Positions 37,374 through 46,226 of a stretch of 64,000 nt of DNA are shown one piece after another. The number at the start of each line of letters is the position of its first letter. Position 1 is the stretch's first letter. The stretch comes from an uncultured Ilumatobacteraceae bacterium (GTDB lineage Bacteria; Actinomycetota; Acidimicrobiia; Acidimicrobiales; Ilumatobacteraceae). Location: positions 76,921 through 140,920 of the forward strand of contig CAYYHU010000001.1 in NCBI GenBank assembly GCA_964471865.1. Direction: 5' to 3'. The translations under genes were made by a program, and so were the position numbers. The notes under the pieces are model-generated. The model was given only the letters and a program-made list of their open reading frames with translations. It was not told where the DNA came from and did no database searches.

Positions 37374-38672
37374 TCAGTTCCCGATCACTCGCAACAGGCC
37401 ACTCACGGCGTGTACGACCTCGAGACGCCGCAACGCCTCCACGGTCTGTTGCATCGCCGATTCCGAAGCGACATGGGTGATGAACACCAAGCGGGCATCT
37501 GAGCCGATGCCTTCTTGTTCAGCGGCCCGAATCGACACCCCGTGATCAGCAAAGATCCCGGTGACCGCATGAAGCACACCGGGTTCATCTGCGACCTCCA
37601 GGCTCAGCAGGTATTCCGCGGAGGTCTCTTCGATGCCCCGAATCCGAGCTGTTCCGAGAACTCCGACGCTCTCATGGGTTCCTCGGACCCGGTGCTGGGC
37701 CGCGTCGATCACGTCGCCCAGGACCGCACTCGCGGTCGGTTCGCCACCGGCGCCGCGTCCGTAGAGCATCAACGAACCCACCGCGTCACCCTCGATGAAG
37801 ACGGCGTTGTAGCTGCCGCGCACACTGGCGAGTGGATGATCCACCGGCACCATGGCGGGGTGGACTCGAACGGCGACGTCCCCGGTGTCGGGATCCCGTT
37901 CGGCGATACCGAGCAGTTTGACGACGTAGCCGAGCCGGCCGGCAGTAGCGATCTCGGATGCAGTCAGCGAGGAGATCCCCTCGTGATAGACGTCGCCGGC
38001 AACCACCTCGACTCCGAAAGCCAGCGAGGCCAGGATCGCCGCTTTCGCACCGGCGTCGTAGCCCTCGACATCCGCAGTCGGATCGCTTTCGGCAAAGCCG
38101 AGGCGTTGAGCCTCGGCGAGGACGTCGGCGTAGTCGGCTCCTTCATCGGTCATCTTCGACAGGATGAAGTTGGTGGTGCCGTTGATGATGCCCATGACCC
38201 GATGGACGGGTTCACCTCGCAGGCTTTCCCGAATCGCCCGCACGACGGGAATTCCCCCGGCCACGGCCGCTTCGAACAACACATCGACTCCGGCTGCATC
38301 ACCGGCGCGATAGATCTCGGGACCCGAGGCGGCCAGGAGTTCCTTGTTCGCCGTCACCACGGGCTTTCCGGCCGCGAGAGCCGTCATGATCAAGTCTCGA
38401 GCCGGCTCGATCCCGCCCATGACTTCGATCACGAGATCCACCTCGGGGTCAGTCACCACCGAGGCTGCGTCCGTGGTGTACACCGATGCCGCCAGATCGA
38501 GGCCTCGAGAACGCGACACATCGCGCACCGCGATCTTGGTGACCTCGAGGCGGATACCCGTACGAGTTGCGATCGCCTCTCGTTGGTTCCCGATGAGCTC
38601 GACGAGTGCGGCACCCACGGTGCCGCAACCCAACAGTCCGAGACGCACCACGGTGGGGAGGGAGGCTTCCAC
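37374..38672 (-). CDS. hom: homoserine dehydrogenase
   Basis: NAD motif LGLLGCGTVGAALV, a typical catalytic domain and a C-terminal ACT-like domain. GTG start. Confidence 0.92.
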   Translation of the reverse strand: MEASLPTVVRLGLLGCGTVGAALVELIGNQREAIATRTGIRLEVTKIAVRDVSRSRGLDLAASVYTTDAASVVTDPEVDLVIEVMGGIEPARDLIMTALAAGKPVVTANKELLAASGPEIYRAGDAAGVDVLFEAAVAGGIPVVRAIRESLRGEPVHRVMGIINGTTNFILSKMTDEGADYADVLAEAQRLGFAESDPTADVEGYDAGAKAAILASLAFGVEVVAGDVYHEGISSLTASEIATAGRLGYVVKLLGIAERDPDTGDVAVRVHPAMVPVDHPLASVRGSYNAVFIEGDAVGSLMLYGRGAGGEPTASAVLGDVIDAAQHRVRGTHESVGVLGTARIRGIEETSAEYLLSLEVADEPGVLHAVTGIFADHGVSIRAAEQEGIGSDARLVFITHVASESAMQQTVEALRRLEVVHAVSGLLRVIGN

Positions 38673-38683
38673 GGCGCTTGAGG

Positions 38684-40003
38684 CTAGGCCACGTCGACGT
38701 CGAGATCGCAGCGAAGGAGATCGTCCATGGTTTCGCGACGCACCACGACTCGAGCCTCACCGTGGCGAACGAACACCACCGGAGGCCGCGGAACCTTGTT
38801 GTAGTTGGATCCCATCGAATGGCCATAGGCCCCGGTTACCGGGACCGCGATGACATCGCCGACACCGAGATCGGTGGGGACGGCCGCGTCATGGATCAAC
38901 ACATCGCCACTCTCGCAGTGCTTGCCGACCAGACGCACGCGACGGGGACGTTCGGCATCGGGTGCCCGCGGCAGGAACGCTTCGTAACCGCTTCCGTAGA
39001 GCACCGGGCGGGGGTTGTCGCTCATACCGCCGTCCACCGCCACATAGGTTCGAACGCCTTCGATGTGTTTGATCGTGCCCACCGTGTACAGCGTGACCGC
39101 GGCCGAGGCCACGAGCGAGCGACCGGGCTCCACCAACAGACGCGACGTGATCCCGAGGGCGGCGCAGGCATCGCTGAGGATCGTTCCCCACGCCGTGATC
39201 GAGGGAGCCTCTTCTCCCGTCACATAGGCCACGCCGAGGCCGCCACCCAAGGTCAGTTCGGGAAGGCTCAGAGGAGCCGCAAAGCCGGCCATGACCTCGG
39301 CGGCCCGGGCGAAGCTGTCGACGCGCAACACGTTGGACCCGATATGGCAGTGAACGCCTACGAGCGTCATGGCCGATGAGGCCTCGGCTCGATTCACGGC
39401 CGTGAGCGCATCACCCCGGGCCAGATTGAAGCCGAATTTCGAATCGTCTTGGCCCGTGGCGATGTATTCGTGAGTGTGGGCCTCGACCCCGGGTGTGACT
39501 CGGATCTGGACTCGAGGAGCGGCCAAACCCTCGCGATGGAGAGCCTCGATCCGGTCGAGTTCGTCGAAGGAGTCCACGACGATGTGACGAACACCGGCGG
39601 CCAGGGCGATGCGCAACTCCTCCAGGCTCTTGTTGTTGCCATGAACGACGAGCCGCTCAGCCGGTACCCCAGCCCGCAACGCCGTCACCATCTCTCCCCC
39701 GGTCGCCACGTCGAGCAGTAGGCCTTCGTCATGAGCGAGGCGGGCCATGGCTCCGCACAAGAACGCCTTGGTGGCGTAGATGACATTGTCGGGGCCGAAA
39801 GCCGCTACGGCTTCGCGGCACCGAGAGCGAAGATGTTCTTCGTCGTAGACGAACACCGGGGTGCCATGAACCGAAGCGATCTCGGCGAGGGAACACCCAC
39901 CGATATGCATCCAGCCGTCGGCACCGATCTCTGCCGAATCCGGCAACAGGTGTCGGGGAAGCGCAGTCGTGGTCACGGTGAGATCACATTCGTTCCGGGG
40001 CAT
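38684..40003 (-). CDS. lysA: diaminopimelate decarboxylase
   Basis: GTPVFVYDEEHLRSR, YATKAF (PLP Lys), HCHIGSN and CESGD. Start is ATG 40003 (overlapping the argS end by 20 nt) or GTG 39976. Confidence 0.9.
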   Translation of the reverse strand: MPRNECDLTVTTTALPRHLLPDSAEIGADGWMHIGGCSLAEIASVHGTPVFVYDEEHLRSRCREAVAAFGPDNVIYATKAFLCGAMARLAHDEGLLLDVATGGEMVTALRAGVPAERLVVHGNNKSLEELRIALAAGVRHIVVDSFDELDRIEALHREGLAAPRVQIRVTPGVEAHTHEYIATGQDDSKFGFNLARGDALTAVNRAEASSAMTLVGVHCHIGSNVLRVDSFARAAEVMAGFAAPLSLPELTLGGGLGVAYVTGEEAPSITAWGTILSDACAALGITSRLLVEPGRSLVASAAVTLYTVGTIKHIEGVRTYVAVDGGMSDNPRPVLYGSGYEAFLPRAPDAERPRRVRLVGKHCESGDVLIHDAAVPTDLGVGDVIAVPVTGAYGHSMGSNYNKVPRPPVVFVRHGEARVVVRRETMDDLLRCDLDVDVA

Positions 40004-41726
40004 CGATGCCGAGGAGTCCGAGACCGCGCTCGAGCACCGATGCAGTCGCGTCGCACAGCGCCAACCGATCCTCGCGCTGAGCCTCCCCATCGGCTTTCAA
40101 GACGGGACATTGTTCATAGAACGTCGTGAACGCACTGGCCAGGTCGTAGAGATACCCGCAGAGTCGATGAGGGGTGGAACGCTCGGCGGTATCGGCGACC
40201 GCCGTGTCGAACCCGACGAGGGTCAACGCCAAGGTTCGTTCGGCGGGGGTGTCGAGTGCGGGGACCCGTCCCCGCACCGCGGACCGCTCGATGCCAGCGC
40301 GCCGAAAGATCGAACAGATGCGGGCATGCGCGTACTGCAGATAGGGGGAGGTATTGCCGTCAAAGGACAGCATCCGATCCCAGTCGAAGACGTAGTCCTT
40401 CACTCGATCGTTGGACAGATCCGCGTATTTCACGGCGCCGATGCCCACCGACCGGGCGACGATGGCCCGAGTCTCGGGATCGAGCTCAGGGTTCTTCTCA
40501 CTCACCGCCGCGGTGGCTCGTTCGACAGCCTCGTCGAGGAGTGCCGACAACTTGACGGCGTCACCGGCGCGGCTCTTGAGCATCTTGCGATCGGGTCCGA
40601 GCACATTGCCGAACGCGACGTGCTCGGCACTGACCTCGGCGGGCAACCATCCCGCCTGGGTCGCAACGGCGAAGACCATCTGGAGGTGCTGAGCCTGGGG
40701 GGCGCCCACGACGTAGACGATGCGCTGGGCACCGAGGCGTTCGACGCGGTCGATGACGCAGGCCAGATCCGTACTCGCGTAGTTGTATCCCCCGTCGCCC
40801 TTACGAATGATCAACGGAAGTGGGTCGCCGTCACGGTTGGTGAAACCGGGCGGGAACACCACTTCGGCTCCGTCGCTCGTCACGAGAAGCCCGGCATCGT
40901 CGAGACGATCCACGACCTCCGGTAACAAGTCGTTGTAGGCGCTCTCACCGACGATGTCCCCAGGTTCGAGACGCACCCCGAGGCGTTGGTACACGGCATC
41001 GAAATAGTTGGCGCTCTCCGCCACGAGACGCCGCCACAGCCGCAAGGTCTCGGCGTCGCCGCCTTGGAGCATGACCACGCGATGACGGGCACGTTCCGCG
41101 AACTCGGGGCTCTCGTCGAACTTGCGCCGTGCCGATTTGTAGAAGCCGTCGAGGTCCCCGACGCCGAGTTCCTCAGCCGCCGCGTCTTCACCGAGATCGG
41201 TGAGGTGTTCGATCAACATGCCAAAGGGAGTTCCCCAGTCACCGATGTGGTTCTCACGCAGGACGTGATGGCCGAGGGCTTCGACTACCCGTACGAGACA
41301 GTCGCCGATCACCGTGGAACGCAGGTGCCCGACATGCATTTCTTTCGCGACGTTGGGTGCTGAATAGTCCACGACGACGGTCTCGGCATCGACACCATCG
41401 ACTCGGGTCACACCGAGGTGTTCATCGGCGGCAACCGCTGCGACCAGCGAGCCGAGATAGCCGGGGTCCAAGGTCAGATTGATGAAGCCCGGCCCGGCGA
41501 TCTCGGCATCAGCGATCATCCCGGCGAGTACCGGGCGGGCCGCCTCGAGCAGCTCGGCGGCGACGTCACGGGGAGGACGCCCCAAGGTCTTGGCGAGTGC
41601 CAGAGCGCCATTCACCTGCAGATCGGCGCGATCACTGGGACGCACCACCGGGTCCGCAGGATGGCCAGCGACGCGCTCGACCACCGGAGTGAGCAACTGG
41701 GTGACGACGGTGAGGGGATCGGCCAT
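39984..41726 (-). CDS. argS: arginine--tRNA ligase
   Basis: Class I signature PNVAKEMHVGHLRST and the C-terminal anticodon-binding region ending ...GIDAPERM. Start taken at MADPLTV (41726). Confidence 0.93.
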   Translation of the reverse strand: MADPLTVVTQLLTPVVERVAGHPADPVVRPSDRADLQVNGALALAKTLGRPPRDVAAELLEAARPVLAGMIADAEIAGPGFINLTLDPGYLGSLVAAVAADEHLGVTRVDGVDAETVVVDYSAPNVAKEMHVGHLRSTVIGDCLVRVVEALGHHVLRENHIGDWGTPFGMLIEHLTDLGEDAAAEELGVGDLDGFYKSARRKFDESPEFAERARHRVVMLQGGDAETLRLWRRLVAESANYFDAVYQRLGVRLEPGDIVGESAYNDLLPEVVDRLDDAGLLVTSDGAEVVFPPGFTNRDGDPLPLIIRKGDGGYNYASTDLACVIDRVERLGAQRIVYVVGAPQAQHLQMVFAVATQAGWLPAEVSAEHVAFGNVLGPDRKMLKSRAGDAVKLSALLDEAVERATAAVSEKNPELDPETRAIVARSVGIGAVKYADLSNDRVKDYVFDWDRMLSFDGNTSPYLQYAHARICSIFRRAGIERSAVRGRVPALDTPAERTLALTLVGFDTAVADTAERSTPHRLCGYLYDLASAFTTFYEQCPVLKADGEAQREDRLALCDATASVLERGLGLLGIDAPERM

Positions 41727-41799
41727 GAGAGCCCCATTGTGGCCCACCGACCTGGCGAACGGTGGTGCCCGTGGCCGGGACCGCTAGATTCGCTACGCC

Positions 41800-41871
41800 C
41801 GCCCTCGTAGCTCAGGGGATAGAGCATCGGCCTCCGGAGCCGTGTGCGCAGGTTCGAATCCTGCCGAGGGC
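41800..41871 (+). tRNA. tRNA-Arg (anticodon CCG)
   Basis: Hand-folded cloverleaf. Acceptor GCCCTCG/CGAGGGC plus discriminator A. D arm GCTC-AGGGGATA-GAGC. Anticodon loop CT-CCG-GA. T arm GCAGG-TTCGAAT-CCTGC. No encoded CCA. Confidence 0.85.
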
Positions 41872-42165
41872 ACTCACGGCACCGCGTGCACACGAGGTGT
41901 GAACGATCGCAGGTAGACGGTGGCTCGACGCACTCGCCTCGCTGCCGGCGAGGTTCGCCACGGCTCCGTCGTGACGACATCAGCACCTGCGACTGTCACG
42001 GACACCCGAAGATCGAGGGGTGTCTCGGGATCACCAGTGCCAACGACGAACGCCCGTGCCCTCGCCGTGCAACTACTCCGGATCAAGGGCGCCATCCGGG
42101 GATGCATCCCACGACCGAACTCGGAACCGCAATCAGGTCCCGCGACCAAGCCCAGCCGATAGTGC

Positions 42166-42664
42166 TCAGACCGCTCGACCTCGCAGCGAGCGTCTGACGA
42201 ACAATCCGATGACCAACATCGCCCCCGCCACCAGGATGACCGTCTCGTGTGTCGCTCCGGCACTCGGCAAGATGCCAACATCCGGAATGCGCGCCGGGAG
42301 GACGCCGACTCCCACGTTCACCGACAGCACCCTCCCAGCCGGACTTGTCCCGTTGATCTGGAGGGTATGCGAGCCGATGAAAGCCTCACCCACGCTGACG
42401 GATCCGATGAATCGTCGATCTGCACCCGGGCTCCAGGACCCCAGATAGTGAGGTTCAGAGAGCAACCAGACGTCCACGGTGCTGCCGGATAGATAGCCGC
42501 TCCCCGAGATCTGAGAGCTCTGGTGGGCATCCCATTCGAGAGTATTCCGGTCCGAATCGGACCGGAATGACGAACCGCACGCACCGTCGATCTCCACTTA
42601 GACTTCGGCATCGGTGACGACGACCGTCGAAACCGCCAGGAGGAAGCCCCCCTCCGGAGTGGTC
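42166..42664 (-). pseudogene. possible interrupted gene for a sortase-substrate-like surface protein (in-frame TAA at 42600-42598)
   Basis: The 143-aa ORF from GTG 42597 ends in LPSAG + hydrophobic helix + RRSLRGR, which is cell-wall sorting-signal architecture, but it has no signal peptide. Immediately upstream and in frame is TAA, preceded by a 22-codon ORF MTTPEGGFLLAVSTVVVTDAEV. Confidence 0.35.
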
Positions 42665-42791
42665 ATTTCGATTCCGGCGCGTGGACAAACGATGTTTCAC
42701 TCGCATGGCTAGTGTTCCGCCATCCATCCCCGGACGAGATCGATCCCATCCCTCGAGCCAGCGGCGACAGAAACCGCGAACCGGATGAGGT

Positions 42792-43424
42792 TCAGCGAAC
42801 CGCGGTCACCAGCAACGCCACACCGAAACCTGCGAACAGCAGGGTCGACAGCAGTCGCAGTGCTCGCTCCGGTAGTCGGGTTCCGAGCGCTCGACCAAGG
42901 AAGACGCCCAGCGATCCGGCGGCGATGATTCCGAGGGTGGCTCCGATCCACACCCACACGACGTCGCCGCGTGCGGCGAGGGTGGCGGTGGCGATCATCG
43001 TCTTGTCGCCGAGTTCGGCGATGAACATCGCCATGGCAACCGATCCGACCACCGAGATCAGGCTCGGTGGTCGGGCCCGACCAGAGGAAGCATCGGACTG
43101 CGACTCGCCATCACTGTCGCCGTCACTTCCATCGGCGAACCAGGTCCATGCCGCGAAACCGAGAAACACCACACCGCCCACAGCCGATACGGCCCGGGTC
43201 GGCAGCGCAGCTCCGGCCAAGCCCCCGATGGCGACCGACACCAGATTGACTGCGCCGTAGCCGAGCGCCACCCCAACGAGTACGGGACCGAGGCGATAGC
43301 GAGCTCCGAAACCGAGCGCCACCAGTTGGGTCTTGTCGCCGAGTTCGGCGAGAAAGACAAGGGCCGCGGCGGCCAGGATCGACGACACGCCCGCATCCAA
43401 CCAGATCGACGACGCCACCGGCAC
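42792..43424 (-). CDS. UPF0016 (GDT1/TMEM165) family cation (Mn2+/Ca2+) transporter
   Basis: Duplicated signature FLAELGDKTQLVALGF and FIAELGDKTMIATATLA, with an acidic loop between the halves. GTG start. Confidence 0.85.
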   Translation of the reverse strand: MPVASSIWLDAGVSSILAAAALVFLAELGDKTQLVALGFGARYRLGPVLVGVALGYGAVNLVSVAIGGLAGAALPTRAVSAVGGVVFLGFAAWTWFADGSDGDSDGESQSDASSGRARPPSLISVVGSVAMAMFIAELGDKTMIATATLAARGDVVWVWIGATLGIIAAGSLGVFLGRALGTRLPERALRLLSTLLFAGFGVALLVTAVR

Positions 43425-43502
43425 CTTTCATGGACCAACACCCCCGCCCGAGCCTGGTCGTGAGGGATCAGGGGCCGCGTCGCGGGTCGTGTCCGTTAGC
43501 GT

Positions 43503-44120
43503 GTGGTCCTCGTGAACCAGGTCCGCAATCGCCTCGCCGCATTGTCCCTCCTCGACCGGTCCCTCAAGGCCACCTCGGACGAGGAACTGGCGGCCATGCT
43601 CGATGCCCTCGATGACGAACACGCCAGCGCTGTGGCATCGATCGCCGAGATGCCCGAGACGACCGCCGAGAACGAACGAGTGACGTTTCTACGGGCGGCC
43701 GCCCAGCGTGGTCGGATCAATGGGATCCTCGAACAATTGGCCTTTGTGATCACCGATCGCTGCCTAGCGGACTGTGTCACGGCTCTGGGTGACGCGTCGG
43801 ACAATCCCTCCGAAGAACAACTTCGTGCCGTGCTCCCGAACCTGGTCGAAACTCATGGCGTACCCATGGTGCGCTTCATGCTGGCCTCAGCGGTTGCCGG
43901 CGAGGCGAAGGCGACTCCGATCCTGACCCGGATGTTGAAGACCGATGAGGTGTTCGCTTTGCCACCCGTCGAGATGTCCGCGACTCCGGCAGCCCCCCAG
44001 GTAGCTGATGATCCCGAACGCGAGCAGCTGCGAGCCCAGCGCAAAGAGCGCAAGCGTCAACAACAAGCCGAGGCTCGCGCCCGACGCGAACAGGCCGAGG
44101 CGGCGCGTCGACGTCGCTGA
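43503..44120 (+). CDS. hypothetical protein with basic coiled C-terminal tail
   Basis: 205-aa ORF (GTG start), helical and acidic body, tail REQLRAQRKERKRQQQAEARARREQAEAARRRR. No family recognised. Confidence 0.5.
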   Translation: MVLVNQVRNRLAALSLLDRSLKATSDEELAAMLDALDDEHASAVASIAEMPETTAENERVTFLRAAAQRGRINGILEQLAFVITDRCLADCVTALGDASDNPSEEQLRAVLPNLVETHGVPMVRFMLASAVAGEAKATPILTRMLKTDEVFALPPVEMSATPAAPQVADDPEREQLRAQRKERKRQQQAEARARREQAEAARRRR

Positions 44121-44618
44121 TCAGCTGATCGCGGCGACTCGGCGCTCATGGTCGAGGAGCCAGGACTTGATGTGGAGACCGCCGGTGTATCCGGTGAGAG
44201 ACCCGTCCGCCCCCACCACCCGATGACACGGAATGACGATGGGAACCGGATTGGCCCCATTGGCTCCTCCGACGGCTCGCGCCGCACCCGAGCGACCCAT
44301 GCGCGTCGCCTGTTCGCCATACGAGATCGTGGAGCCAAAGGGGATGGTGCACAAAGCCTCCCATGCCGCTCGGCGAAACGGTGTTCCGACGAGACGGACC
44401 GGCAGATCGAAGTCGCGACGCCGACCCTCGAAGTATTCCTCGAGTTGGGTCAACGCCTCATCGCCGATGGGCGTTCTCCTCGTCGGCACCCCACTGCCAT
44501 GGCGCCCCCCGGCCTTTGCGGCCGGACCGATCGCGACTTCGACGATTGCGTCGTCATCGACAACGACGATCACCGGGCCCAGGGGGCTGGCGAGCGCCTC
44601 GGAGCGAACAGGAGCCAC
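44121..44618 (-). CDS. ogt: methylated-DNA--protein-cysteine methyltransferase
   Basis: Active site VIPCHRVVGADGSLTGY. Confidence 0.9.
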   Translation of the reverse strand: MAPVRSEALASPLGPVIVVVDDDAIVEVAIGPAAKAGGRHGSGVPTRRTPIGDEALTQLEEYFEGRRRDFDLPVRLVGTPFRRAAWEALCTIPFGSTISYGEQATRMGRSGAARAVGGANGANPVPIVIPCHRVVGADGSLTGYTGGLHIKSWLLDHERRVAAIS

Positions 44619-44666
44619 ATCGGGATCCTAGAACTCGAATCCCGCCATCAGTTGTAGTCTGCAAGA

Positions 44667-46226
44667 GTGACGTCGGCTCCCCCCGCCACTTCCATGACGC
44701 AACGCCAGGTGATCATCGTGATCCTCGCGGCTGCTGGTGGCCTCTCGCTCGCAGCGTTGGATTCGACGATCGTCAACACCGCTCTCGCCACGATCGTGGG
44801 GGATCTCGGAGGCCTTCGGGCCTACACCTGGGTCGGCACCGCCTATCTGCTCACCTCGACGGCAGCGACGCCGCTGTTCGGAAAGATCTCCGACATCTAC
44901 GGCCGTCGCCGAACCTTCCAAGTCGCGATCGTGGTGTTCATCCTCGGCTCGATCGCGTGTGGTCTCGCTCAGGACATGACCCAGTTGGTTCTCGCCCGAG
45001 GCATTCAAGGTGTGGGCGGTGGGGGTCTGTTCTCGATGGCCTTCGTCATCCTGGGTGACGTCGTCGCGCCCCGAGAACGCGGCCGCTATGTGGGAATTTT
45101 CACCAGCACGTTCACGGTGGCGAGCGTCATCGGACCGCTTCTGGGCGGCTTCTTCGTCGACCAGTTGACCTGGCGATGGATCTTTTGGATCAACATCCCG
45201 ATCGGCATCGTCGTGCTGATCGTCACCAACCGCACATTGCATCTGCCGTGGAGCCGCCAATCTCAGCGTGTCGACATCCTCGGCGCCACCCTGCTCGTCG
45301 CTGGGACCTCCTCGCTGCTCATGGGGCTGTCATGGAGTAGCGAGGAATACGGCTGGACCGCTCCGGCGACGCTCGGATTGATGCTGGCCGCCGTGATCCT
45401 CGGAGTCGGCTTCGTGGGATGGGAACGCCGAGCGCCGGTGCCCATCGTGCCGCTGCGACTCTTTCGTATCGACGTCGTCCGGGCGGTGGCGCCCGCCATG
45501 GTGGTCGCCGGCGCCATGCTCTACGGCGCCAACGCGTTCTTGCCCTTGTTCCTCCAGGCCGTCACCGGCGTCTCCGCCACCAGTTCGGGACTGTTGCTGA
45601 TTCCCTTGGCACTGGCCGTGGCGGTCTCGGCGACCGCGATCGGACGGGTGATTTCGGCCACCGGCCGCTACAAGGTGTGGCCGATCGCGGGTGCTGCATC
45701 CATGGGGGTCGGATTCGGGATCCTGTCGCTTCTCCAGGGCACCACCGGATGGGTGATCGTGGCGATGGGAGCCATGGTCCTCATCGGCGCCGGTATCGGT
45801 GCGGTGATGCCCACGACCACCGTGGCGGTCCAAAACGCAGTCGAGTGGTCGGATCTCGGAGCCGGATCTTCGTTGGTGCTGTTCCTGCGGTCGTTGGGAG
45901 GCGCGATCGGTCTCGCGTGTTACGGAGCCCTTCTCAACGCCCAGGTCGCGGGCCGCATCGATCCCGAGTTGCTGCAACGGCCTCGTGAGATCCGAGACCT
46001 CCCCGATGAGGTGCGCTCCGACGCTCTCGACGTCTTGACCGACGGCATCACCACCGTGTTCCTCTGGGCGGTCCCATTGGCGGTGATCGCGCTGATCTTC
46101 ATGGTCATGATGCCGGAGCGTCCCCTGCGGACCTCTTCGGCTCTGGAGCGTCAGTCCTCTGAGGCTCAGGCGGACTCGGAGCCGACGCCGCAGGCTCAGC
46201 GCGCCGTTCCAACATCGGAAGGGTGA
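44667..46226 (+). CDS. MFS transporter, DHA2 (14-TMS drug:H+ antiporter) type
   Basis: 519 aa, many TM segments, motif A-like LFGKISDIYGRRR. Confidence 0.85.
   Translation: MTSAPPATSMTQRQVIIVILAAAGGLSLAALDSTIVNTALATIVGDLGGLRAYTWVGTAYLLTSTAATPLFGKISDIYGRRRTFQVAIVVFILGSIACGLAQDMTQLVLARGIQGVGGGGLFSMAFVILGDVVAPRERGRYVGIFTSTFTVASVIGPLLGGFFVDQLTWRWIFWINIPIGIVVLIVTNRTLHLPWSRQSQRVDILGATLLVAGTSSLLMGLSWSSEEYGWTAPATLGLMLAAVILGVGFVGWERRAPVPIVPLRLFRIDVVRAVAPAMVVAGAMLYGANAFLPLFLQAVTGVSATSSGLLLIPLALAVAVSATAIGRVISATGRYKVWPIAGAASMGVGFGILSLLQGTTGWVIVAMGAMVLIGAGIGAVMPTTTVAVQNAVEWSDLGAGSSLVLFLRSLGGAIGLACYGALLNAQVAGRIDPELLQRPREIRDLPDEVRSDALDVLTDGITTVFLWAVPLAVIALIFMVMMPERPLRTSSALERQSSEAQADSEPTPQAQRAVPTSEG

Noticed and set aside
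41872-42790. Integrated mobile element at the tRNA-Arg 3-prime end
   Set aside because: No integrase, excisionase or transposase ORF, and no direct repeat of the tRNA 3-prime end (…GGTTCGAATCCTGCCGAGGGCA) was found by eye downstream. Only the possible gene remnant is reported.
43425-43502. Possible yybP-ykoY manganese riboswitch upstream of the UPF0016 (Mn exporter family) gene
   Set aside because: Only 78 nt separate the divergent start codons, which is too short for the roughly 100-170-nt element. I could not see the conserved riboswitch core sequences on the mRNA strand.
44112-44130. Palindromic TGATCA formed by back-to-back stop codons of the hypothetical gene and ogt, considered as a bidirectional terminator
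   Set aside because: Only a short imperfect stem (GTCGC ... GCGAC) can be drawn around it. It is too weak to call.
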